This document shows positions 33,102 through 40,968 of a stretch of DNA of 64,000 nt, one piece after another (the first letter of the stretch is position 1; each line of letters opens with the position of its first letter). This stretch comes from Gemmatimonadales bacterium (GTDB lineage Bacteria > Gemmatimonadota > Gemmatimonadetes > Gemmatimonadales > GWC2-71-9). A model generated the notes under the pieces. The model was given only the letters and a program-made list of their open reading frames with translations, had not been told where the DNA came from and did not search any database. The translations under genes were made by a program, and so were the position numbers. The DNA lies in the NCBI GenBank assembly GCA_044869265.1, contig JBIOXD010000048.1, forward strand, positions 16,002 through 80,001, given 5' to 3'.

Positions 33102-35215
33102 ACCGTTGGAAGGTTGGAAGGTTGGACGGTTGGAAAGTTGGCATGTTGGCGCTGCTCTCACTGTCCAACATTCCAACAGTCCAGCTGTCGTCACAGGAGC
33201 CCTTCCCTTCCACGCCTCCGACGGCTTCGCAGCTCCGGCCACTCCAGTTTCCGCCGTTCCGAGAGCTGGCGCTCCCCAACGGCATCACGTTCATGCTGAT
33301 CGAGAATCACGAGCAGCCCACGCTGTCGGTCAGTCTGAGCTTCCGAGCCGGCTCGTACTACGATCCTTCGGGCAAGGAGGGGCTAACGGCCTTGGTCGCG
33401 GAGCTGCTGACGAAAGGGACGCCGACGCGCGACGCGGACCAGATCGCGGGGACGATCGAAGGGGTGGGCGGCAGCATCAGCGCGAGCTCGGGCGACGACT
33501 TTCTCACGATCAGCACCGATGTGCTCAGTGACCAGGCAGAGCTGGCGTTTACACTGCTCGGCGAGGTCGCGCGGCGCGCGACATTCCCCGAGCAGGAGCT
33601 GGAGCTCGCGCGGACGCGTTACCTCTCGGTCCTTGCGGTGGAGCTCTCGCAGCCGGCGAGCGTTGCCGGGCGCGCGTTCCAGCGTGAGCTCTATGGGCGT
33701 AACCCCTACGGCCGGAATACGACGGCCGAGTCGTTCAAGGCGATCAAGCGCGACGACATCGTCAGCTTCGCGAGCCGCCGCATTCGTCCGGGCGGCGCGC
33801 TGCTGGTGATCGCGGGCGACATCCGCCTGGCGCGAGCGCAAGAGCTGGCGAATCAGGCATTCGGGACCTGGAGCGGGACGGCCGGCGCGGCCCCGACAGC
33901 GCCCGCCGCTCCGGTGAAACCGAGCACCGACATTCTGCTCGTCCATCGGCCCGGCTCGGTGCAGTCGAACATCGTGATGGGCAATACGACGTTCCTGCCC
34001 ACCGACACGGGCTACTACCCTGCGCGCGTCGCCACGCACGTGCTGGGTGGCGGCTCGGATTCACGGCTGTTCTCAATCCTGCGCGAACAGAAAAGCTGGA
34101 CCTACGGCTCTTATGCCGCGCTGCGCCGCTACCGCGGACTCGGCCACTGGAACGCGACGTTTGAAGGCCGCACCGAGGTGACCGACAGCGCCCTCGTCGA
34201 GCTGTTGCACCAGATCGACCGGATCCGCACGGAGGTGATGCCGGACAGCGAGCTGAGTGCCGCGAAGGGATTCCTCGTCGGTTCGTTCCCGCTCACTATC
34301 GAGACGCCGCGCCAGGTGGCGCAGGTGGTCACGACGGCGAAGCTGCTCGGGCTCGGCACCGACTATCTGCAGCGCTATCGCGCCCGTCTGAACAACGTCA
34401 CACCGGCGCGCGCGCGGGCCGCCGCCCAACGCACCTATCGGCGCAGCGCCCTCACGATCGTCGTCGTGGGCGACGCGAAAGCACTCTACGAGAAACTCAA
34501 GAAGATCGCGCCCGTGCGGCTGGTGGACATCGAGGGCAAGGCGCTGGACCCCGCGGACCTCGATCCGAAAGGGGCGGCAGTCGCGCTCGATCGGAGCCAG
34601 ATCGTCGCTCATCGGGACAGCATGCAGGCGCTGATCCAAGGCACAGTGGCCGGGAGTCAGGTCTCGAGCATCGACCTCGCGGGCGACTCGATCGTCTACA
34701 CGGAATCGATGGCTATCCCGATGGCGGGCCTGCAGCAACGGTCCGTGGTGGTGCTCAATGCGGATTTGACGATGCGCCGCGCCGAGCAAACCAGTACGGT
34801 TCAGGGGCAAAAGACCACGACCCAGCTCGACTACACCGCCGCGCGCGTGAAGGGCACGGCGATGGCCCCGCAACCGAGCGGCACCCCGAGATCCATAACG
34901 GTCGATACGGCGCTTGCCCCGGGCACGATCGACGACAACGCGCTGTCGCTCGTGCTGCCGGCGCTGCCGCTCGTCGAGGGAAAGACGTTCAACCTCAACG
35001 TCTTTTCGTCCGGCGAGGGAATCACGAAGGTCGTGACTGTCAAGGTGGCGGGGATCGAGCAGGTGCAAGTGCCCGCCGGCACCTTCCCCGCGTTTCGGCT
35101 CGACCTCTCCGGGATGCAATTGCCCGTCGTGATGCATGTGACCGAGCAGGCGCCGCGTCGACTGATTCGGATTGCTCCTACCGGCGCGCCGGTGGTATTC
35201 GAACTCGTGAAATAG
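33098..35215 (+). CDS. M16 family peptidase-like protein (no HxxEH motif) with C-terminal extra domain
   Basis: 705 aa. M16 fold-like N- and C-lobes (LPNGITFMLIENHEQP..., no HxxEH motif) plus a ~230-aa C-terminal beta-rich extension. The start could be 33098 or ATG 33143, and the N-terminus is encoded by the octamer array. Confidence 0.75.
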   Translation: MNRWKVGRLDGWKVGMLALLSLSNIPTVQLSSQEPFPSTPPTASQLRPLQFPPFRELALPNGITFMLIENHEQPTLSVSLSFRAGSYYDPSGKEGLTALVAELLTKGTPTRDADQIAGTIEGVGGSISASSGDDFLTISTDVLSDQAELAFTLLGEVARRATFPEQELELARTRYLSVLAVELSQPASVAGRAFQRELYGRNPYGRNTTAESFKAIKRDDIVSFASRRIRPGGALLVIAGDIRLARAQELANQAFGTWSGTAGAAPTAPAAPVKPSTDILLVHRPGSVQSNIVMGNTTFLPTDTGYYPARVATHVLGGGSDSRLFSILREQKSWTYGSYAALRRYRGLGHWNATFEGRTEVTDSALVELLHQIDRIRTEVMPDSELSAAKGFLVGSFPLTIETPRQVAQVVTTAKLLGLGTDYLQRYRARLNNVTPARARAAAQRTYRRSALTIVVVGDAKALYEKLKKIAPVRLVDIEGKALDPADLDPKGAAVALDRSQIVAHRDSMQALIQGTVAGSQVSSIDLAGDSIVYTESMAIPMAGLQQRSVVVLNADLTMRRAEQTSTVQGQKTTTQLDYTAARVKGTAMAPQPSGTPRSITVDTALAPGTIDDNALSLVLPALPLVEGKTFNLNVFSSGEGITKVVTVKVAGIEQVQVPAGTFPAFRLDLSGMQLPVVMHVTEQAPRRLIRIAPTGAPVVFELVK
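33105..33152 (+). repeat. 6 x 8-nt tandem array (GTTGGAAG) at the 5' end of the second M16 gene
   Basis: GTTGGAAG GTTGGAAG GTTGGACG GTTGGAAA GTTGGCAT GTTGGCGC, starting 7 nt after the ATG (33098) that overlaps the upstream stop codon. Confidence 0.9.
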
Positions 35216-35227
35216 GAGGAACCGATA

Positions 35228-36679
35228 ATGCGGCGGTCGGCCGGTCAAGCTGAAACAGCGGCGGTCAACCTGACAAGGCGCCGGTCGGGCGCACTGGTGC
35301 TCGCGGTCCTCCTCGCGGCGGGCTGTGCGTCCGGTGGCGCCCGAACCACAGGCAGCACGACGCCCGCTCCGGCGACGCCGGCCGCCCAGGACACGAGTGG
35401 CGGCATCGGTCCCCAGTATCCGTCCACGTATCAGCGACATCCCAACCCGCCGGTGCTGATCCGGAACGCGACGATCATGACTGCGACCGGTCAGGAGATT
35501 CAAGGCGGCTCGATTCTGCTCCGCGACGGCCGGATCGTGTCCGTGGGCACCACCGTGGAAGCCCCGAGCGACGCGACGGTGGTCGACGGGACGGGCAAGT
35601 GGGTGACGCCAGGAGTGATCGATACACACTCGCACATCGGTGTGTATGCCGCGCCAGGCACGTTCGCGGAGTCGGACGGCAACGAGGCGACGAGGCCGGT
35701 GACGGCGGAGGTGTGGGCGGAGCATTCGTTCTGGCCGCAGGATCCCCAGATTCCGCTCGCCATCGCCGGCGGCGTGACGACGATTCAGGCGCTCCCCGGC
35801 TCGGCGAACCTGATCGGCGGGCGGAGCGCTGTGTTGAAGCTGATTCCGGGGCGCTCGGTTCAGGAAATGAAGTTCCCCGGCGCACACTACGGTCTGAAGA
35901 TGGCGTGTGGCGAGAACCCCAAGCGCGTCTACGGCCAGCGCGGCGGTCCCTCGACCCGCATGGGCAACATGGCGGGTTATCGTGAGGCCTTTATCCAGGC
36001 GCAGACCTATCGGCGCCGCTGGGACAAGTGGAACAAGGATCGCAGCGGTGATCCACCCGACCGCAATCTCCGCAATGAAACGCTGGCTGAAGTGCTCCGC
36101 GGCAACATCTACGTCCAGAACCACTGCTACCGCGCCGACGAGATGGTCCAGATGCTGGACCTGGCGCGCGAGTTCGGCTTCAAGATCCGCTCGTTCCACC
36201 ACGCGGTGGAGGCGTACAAGATCGCCGACGTGCTCGCGCGCGACAGCGCAGCCGCCTCGATCTGGGCCGACTGGTGGGGCTTCAAGGAAGAAGCGATGGA
36301 CGGCATCTACGAGAACGCCGCGCTGCTTCAGCAGGCGGGCGCCCGCGCGATCATCCATTCAGACGATGCGGGCGGCATCCAGCGCCTGAATCAGGAGGCG
36401 GCAAAGGCCATGTATCACGGCCGCCGCGCCGGCATCCCGGTGACGCGCGATCAGGCGCTGCGTTGGTTCACCGCGAATCCGGCCTGGGCCTTGGGTCTCG
36501 ATTCGATCGTGGGGACCCTCGAGGCCGGCAAGATGGCGGACGTCGTCGTGTGGTCTGCCGATCCCCTGTCCGTGTATGCCCGCGCGCTGCAGGTCTACAA
36601 CGACGGATGGCTCATCTACGATCGCAACGATCCGGCGCGCCAACCCAAAACCGATTTCACCTTGGGGCAGGAGCCATGA
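35228..36679 (+). CDS. Amidohydrolase family lipoprotein (imidazolonepropionase/prolidase-like)
   Basis: AGGAGGA lies 8 nt upstream of the ATG. Lipobox LLAAGCAS. GKWVTPGVIDTHSHIGV (HxH) and later HHAVEAY, IIHSDD. Confidence 0.82.
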   Translation: MRRSAGQAETAAVNLTRRRSGALVLAVLLAAGCASGGARTTGSTTPAPATPAAQDTSGGIGPQYPSTYQRHPNPPVLIRNATIMTATGQEIQGGSILLRDGRIVSVGTTVEAPSDATVVDGTGKWVTPGVIDTHSHIGVYAAPGTFAESDGNEATRPVTAEVWAEHSFWPQDPQIPLAIAGGVTTIQALPGSANLIGGRSAVLKLIPGRSVQEMKFPGAHYGLKMACGENPKRVYGQRGGPSTRMGNMAGYREAFIQAQTYRRRWDKWNKDRSGDPPDRNLRNETLAEVLRGNIYVQNHCYRADEMVQMLDLAREFGFKIRSFHHAVEAYKIADVLARDSAAASIWADWWGFKEEAMDGIYENAALLQQAGARAIIHSDDAGGIQRLNQEAAKAMYHGRRAGIPVTRDQALRWFTANPAWALGLDSIVGTLEAGKMADVVVWSADPLSVYARALQVYNDGWLIYDRNDPARQPKTDFTLGQEP

Positions 36680-37890
36680 TTGCCGTCCTGCTTGCACAGA
36701 CGATCGCGATCACGGGCGGCACGGTGTACCCGGTGTCGGGTCCAAAGATCGAGAATGCCACGGTTCTCATCCGCGAGGGTCGGATCGCCGCGGTGGGGGC
36801 CAACGTCGCGGTGCCCAGTGGCGCGACGCGCGTCGACGCATCCGGCAAGTGGGTCACTCCGGGGCTCATCAATGGCGCGGGGCAGATGGGATTGCGCGAG
36901 ATCAGCTCCGTGCAGAACACCAACGAAGCGTCGCTCCGCGGCAACGACGTCGCAGCGGCGTTCAATGTGCTGGAGGGGATCAACCCCGCGTCGACGCTGA
37001 TCGGCGTCAACCGGATCGAGGGCGTGACCACGACGCTCGCGGTCCCCAACGGAGGTCTCATCTGGGGCCAGGCGGCGTTGATCGATCTCGATGGCAAGAC
37101 GATCGAGGCGATGCGAGTGAAGTCGCCGGCGGCGATGGTTGCCAACTTGAGTGAAGGGGCGAAAGAGGCCGGGGGCGGTTCGCGCGCCGGTGTCGCGCAA
37201 CGACTGCGGCGCGTATTCAACGACGCGCTCGAGTATTCGCGGCGCGGCGCCTCGTATCAACGGGCGCAGAATGAGCCGCTCGCGGCCAGCGCGGCGGACC
37301 TCGAGGCTCTGTTGCCCGTGCTGCGCGGGCAGCTTCCGCTGATCGTGGTCGCGAACCGGCGCAGCGATATCGAAACCGCCCTGCGCATCGGACGCGAATA
37401 CAAGCTGAAGGTGATCCTCGGCGGCGCCGCTGAGGGGTGGATGATCCCGAACGAGATTGTTGCGGCGGGAGTGCCCGTCCTGGTGGAGCCACTCGCGAAT
37501 CTCCCCACCTTCGACGCGCTCGGGATTCGCTACGAAAACGCAGCGATGCTGGCAAAAGGCGGCGTCAAAGTCGCCCTACTCGAAACGGCGACGGAGAACA
37601 CGCGCAATCTGCGCCAGCAGGCGGGCAACGCGGTGGCGACTGGGATGAGCTGGGAGCAAGCGCTGCGGGCCGTGACGCTCACGCCGGCCGAGATTCTCGG
37701 CGTCGCTGATCGGTATGGGTCATTGGAGGCTGGGAAGGTCGCGAACGTCGTTGTCTGGAGCGGAGATCCATTTGAATTCTCCACTGGCGTGGAGCACGTC
37801 TATATCCGAGGCAAGGAAATACCACTCCGCAGTCGACAGACGGAGCTGCTGGAACGATACAAGACACTTCCGCCCAAGTACCAGAAATGA
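36676..37890 (+). CDS. Amidohydrolase-like protein lacking the HxH metal motif (probably non-catalytic partner)
   Basis: ATGA overlap with the upstream gene. Collinear N-terminus, but GKWVTPGLINGAGQMGL replaces ...IDTHSHIGV. 404 aa. Confidence 0.75.
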   Translation: MIAVLLAQTIAITGGTVYPVSGPKIENATVLIREGRIAAVGANVAVPSGATRVDASGKWVTPGLINGAGQMGLREISSVQNTNEASLRGNDVAAAFNVLEGINPASTLIGVNRIEGVTTTLAVPNGGLIWGQAALIDLDGKTIEAMRVKSPAAMVANLSEGAKEAGGGSRAGVAQRLRRVFNDALEYSRRGASYQRAQNEPLAASAADLEALLPVLRGQLPLIVVANRRSDIETALRIGREYKLKVILGGAAEGWMIPNEIVAAGVPVLVEPLANLPTFDALGIRYENAAMLAKGGVKVALLETATENTRNLRQQAGNAVATGMSWEQALRAVTLTPAEILGVADRYGSLEAGKVANVVVWSGDPFEFSTGVEHVYIRGKEIPLRSRQTELLERYKTLPPKYQK

Positions 37891-37893
37891 AAA

Positions 37894-37931
37894 GGGGCCG
37901 AGATTCTAGATCTCGGCCCCCTTCGTTTTTT
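37894..37931. terminator. Bidirectional intrinsic terminator
   Basis: GGGGCCGAGAT-tctag-ATCTCGGCCCC followed by CTTCGTTTTTTCC on the plus strand and CTTTTCATTTC on the minus strand. It lies between convergent genes (amidohydrolase-like gene and rpmA). Confidence 0.85.
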
Positions 37932-37938
37932 CCCGTCC

Positions 37939-38208
37939 TCAGTTCTTCGCTGCTTCGACCGGATAGACGCTGACCTGAAAACGCTGTTTACTCTTGTGCT
38001 CGAATTTCACTTTTCCGTCGATCGTCGTGAACAGAGAATCATCGGAAGCCCGCCGCACATTCCGGCCCGGATGAAACTTCGTCCCGCGCTGGCGCACGAT
38101 GATGCTGCCTGCGGTCACGAATTCCCCGCCGAAGCGCTTGACGCCGAGGTATTTCGGATTCGAGTCGCGACCGTTGCGCGAAGAGCCGACACCCTTCTTA
38201 TGAGCCAT
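37939..38208 (-). CDS. rpmA: 50S ribosomal protein L27
   Basis: [29 protein letters not shown]...[13 protein letters not shown] is the canonical L27 sequence. 89 aa. Confidence 0.97.
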   Translation of the reverse strand: MAHKKGVGSSRNGRDSNPKYLGVKRFGGEFVTAGSIIVRQRGTKFHPGRNVRRASDDSLFTTIDGKVKFEHKSKQRFQVSVYPVEAAKN

Positions 38209-38215
38209 GCGATCC

Positions 38216-38533
38216 TCAGCCGACCGTCACGTCGGCGATCTTGATTTCCGTGAAGTCCTGCCGGTGCCCCGCCTTGCGGCGATATCCGGTACGCCGTGCA
38301 AACCGGAAGATCCGGATCTTCTTGTCTTTGCCGTGCCGTACGACTTGAGCAGTCACCTTGGCGCCCTTCACCTTCGGCGCGCCGGTCTGAACGTTCGTGC
38401 CGTCGCTCGCGACGAGGACGTTGTCGAACGACACCTCGTCCCCCGGCTTCGCATCGAGCAGCGGGACCTTGATTGTGACTCCCGGCTCGGCGCGAAACTG
38501 CCGACCGCCGGTGGTGAAAATGGCGTAGGACAT
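38216..38533 (-). CDS. rplU: 50S ribosomal protein L21
   Basis: [27 protein letters not shown]...[26 protein letters not shown]. 105 aa. Immediately upstream of rpmA. Confidence 0.95.
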   Translation of the reverse strand: MSYAIFTTGGRQFRAEPGVTIKVPLLDAKPGDEVSFDNVLVASDGTNVQTGAPKVKGAKVTAQVVRHGKDKKIRIFRFARRTGYRRKAGHRQDFTEIKIADVTVG

Positions 38534-38560
38534 AGGGCCGGAACTCTAGTCTGGGCTTAC

Positions 38561-38646
38561 GGTTCGGTCAAGGGCGGTCGAGAGCGGTCGACGCCGGTCG
38601 ACTTCGGTCACCGCCTTCGACCGCCATTGCCTGCCTTGGACCGCCC
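38561..38646. repeat. Decamer array hairpin (NNGCGGTCGA units, then the inverted units)
   Basis: In 10-nt phase: GTTCGGTCAA GGGCGGTCGA GAGCGGTCGA CGCCGGTCGA CTTCGGTCAC then CGCCTTCGAC CGCCATTGCC TGCCTTGGAC CGCCC. It lies between the rng stop and the rplU start. Confidence 0.85.
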
Positions 38647-40269
38647 TTATGCCACCGCATACTGCTCCGTGACGTCTCTTCCAGCCGGCCTTGCCATCAT
38701 GCGGAACTCATCGAGCCGCATCATTGGATCGTCCCGCACTTCGAGCTCGAGGCCGGTCTGCTTCTCCAGTTGCCGCAGGAAGTTAGGCTCCTGTTCCACG
38801 AGGTACAGCGCGACTTCGGGATGGAGTCGGACCGACAACTGCCGTTCCTTATGATCCGCGCCCGCCCGCTTGAGCGAGCGCTCCATGCGGCGCACCACGA
38901 CCTCAGGCCGGAACACCCGGCCCGTACCGGTGCAGGTCGGGCATTCGGTCGTCATGGACTGCCACAGTGACGGCCGGACACGCTGGCGCGTCATCTCGAC
39001 CAGGCCCAGCTCCGAAACGGCGAACGCGCGGGTACGCGCGCGGTCGCGTCCGAGGTGCGTGCGCAGCTCCTGGAGCACCTTGTCACGGTTCGATTTCGTT
39101 TCCATGTCGATGAAATCGACGACGATGATGCCGCCGATGTCGCGTAGACGAATCTGGCGTGCGACTTCCCGCGCCGCCTCGATATTGGTGCGAAGGATCG
39201 TGCTTTCGGGATCCCGCTTGCCCGTATAACGACCCGTATTCACATCGATCGAGATGAGCGCCTCGGTCGGCTGGATGATCAGGTACCCGCCGGTCGGGAG
39301 CTCGACGCGCTGCTTGAACAGGTTCCGAATCTCGGCCTCGACGTCATACGCGTCGAACAGCGGAGCTTCGTCCCGGTAGAGCTTCACCTTGGGGAGCAGC
39401 TCGGGATCGATTTGTTTCAGATACTGCTCGACCTCGTTGTAGAGCAGCTTCGAGTCGACGAGGAGAAGATCGACCTTGTCGGACAACAAGTCTCGAACGA
39501 TTCCTCTGGTGAGGCTGGTCTCGCGCTGCACCAGCTGAGGGGCGCGGCCGGACGACGCTTTGCGCTTGATCTTTTTCCACAGTCCCAGCAGGTGGTCGAT
39601 CTCGCGCTTACAACTCGCCTCGGTGAGGTCGTCGGCCACCGTACGAATGATCCATCCGCCTTGATCGGCCGGCACCAGCTTCGAGACCATGTCCCGCAGC
39701 TTGGCGCGCTGGTCGCGAGCTTCGATCTTGCGGGAGACGCCGACTTTCGACGCGAACGGCATGTAGACCAGAAACCGGCCGGCGAGCGAGACCTGCGCGG
39801 TGACCCGCGGCCCCTTGGTGCCGATCGCTTCCTTGATGACTTGGACGAGCTTTGTCTGACCGCGCTTCAGCTCATCGCCGATGTTCGGGGCTGGGCGCCG
39901 GCGTGAGCCGGAGGGGCGACGGCGATTCGCCACCGCCTGCGTGGCCGCTGGAGCTCCCCCTCCGCCGTTCCCGTCACCATTACCGTTGCCGTTCTCGTCC
40001 GCGTCGTCCGCCTCGCGGTCGTCCGGATCTTCGTCTTCGTCAGACTCGATTAGATCGGAGGCATGGAGGAAGGCACTTTTTTCCGCGCCGATGTCGACGA
40101 AGGCCGCCTGGATACCGGGCAGGACGGCTTCGACCTTGCCGACGTAGATGTCACCCACCGAACGGCGGGAATCAGGACGGTCGACCAGGAGTTCAACAAG
40201 GCGGTCGTCCTCGAGAATGGCCACGCGGGTTTCCCGCGGGCTTCCGGAGATCAAAATCTCGCGCTTCAA
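38647..40269 (-). CDS. rng: Ribonuclease G/E family endoribonuclease
   Basis: 540 aa, TTG start. S1-domain N-terminus (VGDIYVGKVEAVLPGIQAAFVDIG), catalytic region (TEALISIDVNTG, DIGGIIVVDFIDM). Classical rng-rplU-rpmA context. Confidence 0.9.
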   Translation of the reverse strand: MKREILISGSPRETRVAILEDDRLVELLVDRPDSRRSVGDIYVGKVEAVLPGIQAAFVDIGAEKSAFLHASDLIESDEDEDPDDREADDADENGNGNGDGNGGGGAPAATQAVANRRRPSGSRRRPAPNIGDELKRGQTKLVQVIKEAIGTKGPRVTAQVSLAGRFLVYMPFASKVGVSRKIEARDQRAKLRDMVSKLVPADQGGWIIRTVADDLTEASCKREIDHLLGLWKKIKRKASSGRAPQLVQRETSLTRGIVRDLLSDKVDLLLVDSKLLYNEVEQYLKQIDPELLPKVKLYRDEAPLFDAYDVEAEIRNLFKQRVELPTGGYLIIQPTEALISIDVNTGRYTGKRDPESTILRTNIEAAREVARQIRLRDIGGIIVVDFIDMETKSNRDKVLQELRTHLGRDRARTRAFAVSELGLVEMTRQRVRPSLWQSMTTECPTCTGTGRVFRPEVVVRRMERSLKRAGADHKERQLSVRLHPEVALYLVEQEPNFLRQLEKQTGLELEVRDDPMMRLDEFRMMARPAGRDVTEQYAVA

Positions 40270-40447
40270 AGCAGTTACCCTCGCGACCCTCAGGGAAGCA
40301 CCCGGAGGGAAGCCTGTGGTTATCCCAGCAAAAGTCCAACGTGCCCGGTGGAACGGGCAGGGAGATGCGATTGGGTAGGCGGCTGAGAGACGCCAGAAGC
40401 CAATTCATGAGGGCAAAGCTAGGACGAGGCCGTACTTAGGTCAACAC

Positions 40448-40511
40448 GAGGGCGGTCGAGGGCGGTTGAGGGCGGGCGAAGGCGGTCAAAGCGAAGGCGG
40501 TCCGTGGCGGG
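40448..40511. repeat. Decamer tandem array GAGGGCGGTC (forward orientation)
   Basis: GAGGGCGGTC GAGGGCGGTT GAGGGCGGGC GAAGGCGGTC aaagc GAAGGCGGTC CGTGGCGGG, in the rng upstream region, ~60 nt before the four-helix-bundle gene. Confidence 0.9.
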
Positions 40512-40573
40512 AAAATGATACAGGTGGCACCAGAATGGTACGGGCTAGCGGGAAAGGCATGTGATAATAGGGA

Positions 40574-40968
40574 ATGCGCCCGTACGAGCGATTTGTCGCA
40601 TGGAAGGAGTGCCATGCCTGGCGCTACGAGTTTACAAGGCTACGGAGAGCTTTCCAAAGCACGAGTTGTACGGATTGACATCGCAGGCGCGGCGCGCTGC
40701 GGTCTCTGCGGCGGTGAACATTGTGGAGGGTTCGTCAAGAAGAGGAAGCGCCGAGTTCAGACGCTTTCTCGACATTTCGCTTGGTTCACTTTCTGAGGTC
40801 GGGTACATCCTACGACTCGCCCGGGAGTTGGCGCTTCTGACGCCAGCGCAGTGGTCCGAGCTAGACGACCATCAGCAACGGGCTCATTACCTCACCTGGA
40901 AACTCTACGAATCGATGGCGAAGCCCCGGACCGCCCTCGTCCGCCCTCGCTCGCCCTCGACCGCCTAG
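40574..40968 (+). pseudogene. Four-helix-bundle protein gene (23S rRNA intervening-sequence protein family) with an apparent 1-nt frameshift near codon 15
   Basis: ATG 40574 gives MRPYERFVAWKECHA (typical family start). The rest, LALRVYKATESFPKHELYGLTSQARRAAVSAAVNIVEGSSRRGSAEFRRFLDISLGSLSEV..., is in another frame (ORF 40561..40968). The frame switch is at ~40617-40622. Confidence 0.65.
40929..40965. repeat. Decamer tandem array GACCGCCCTC (inverted orientation of the 40448 array)
   Basis: GACCGCCCTC GTCCGCCCTC GCTCGCCCTC GACCGCC. It is the reverse complement of the GAGGGCGGTC family and forms the last ~13 codons of the four-helix-bundle ORF. Confidence 0.9.

Noticed and set aside
34073-36358. 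761-aa minus-strand ORF, together with similar long ORFs at 807..2069 (+), 14873..15922 (-), 16552..18063 (-), 17738..18934 (-), 31794..33242 (-), 43843..44703 (-), 54463..55641 (-) and 56330..57361 (+).
   Set aside because: They run antisense to, or out of frame with, genes that have clear family signatures. They are extremely Arg/Pro/Gly/His-rich and have no recognisable motifs. Long stop-free frames are expected in high-GC DNA.
40270-40447. A structured rne-type autoregulatory 5' leader for rng.
   Set aside because: A ~170-nt untranslated region with small hairpins (for example GCCCG-ttccac-CGGGC) exists. I cannot show conservation or a defined fold by eye, so it is left uncalled.
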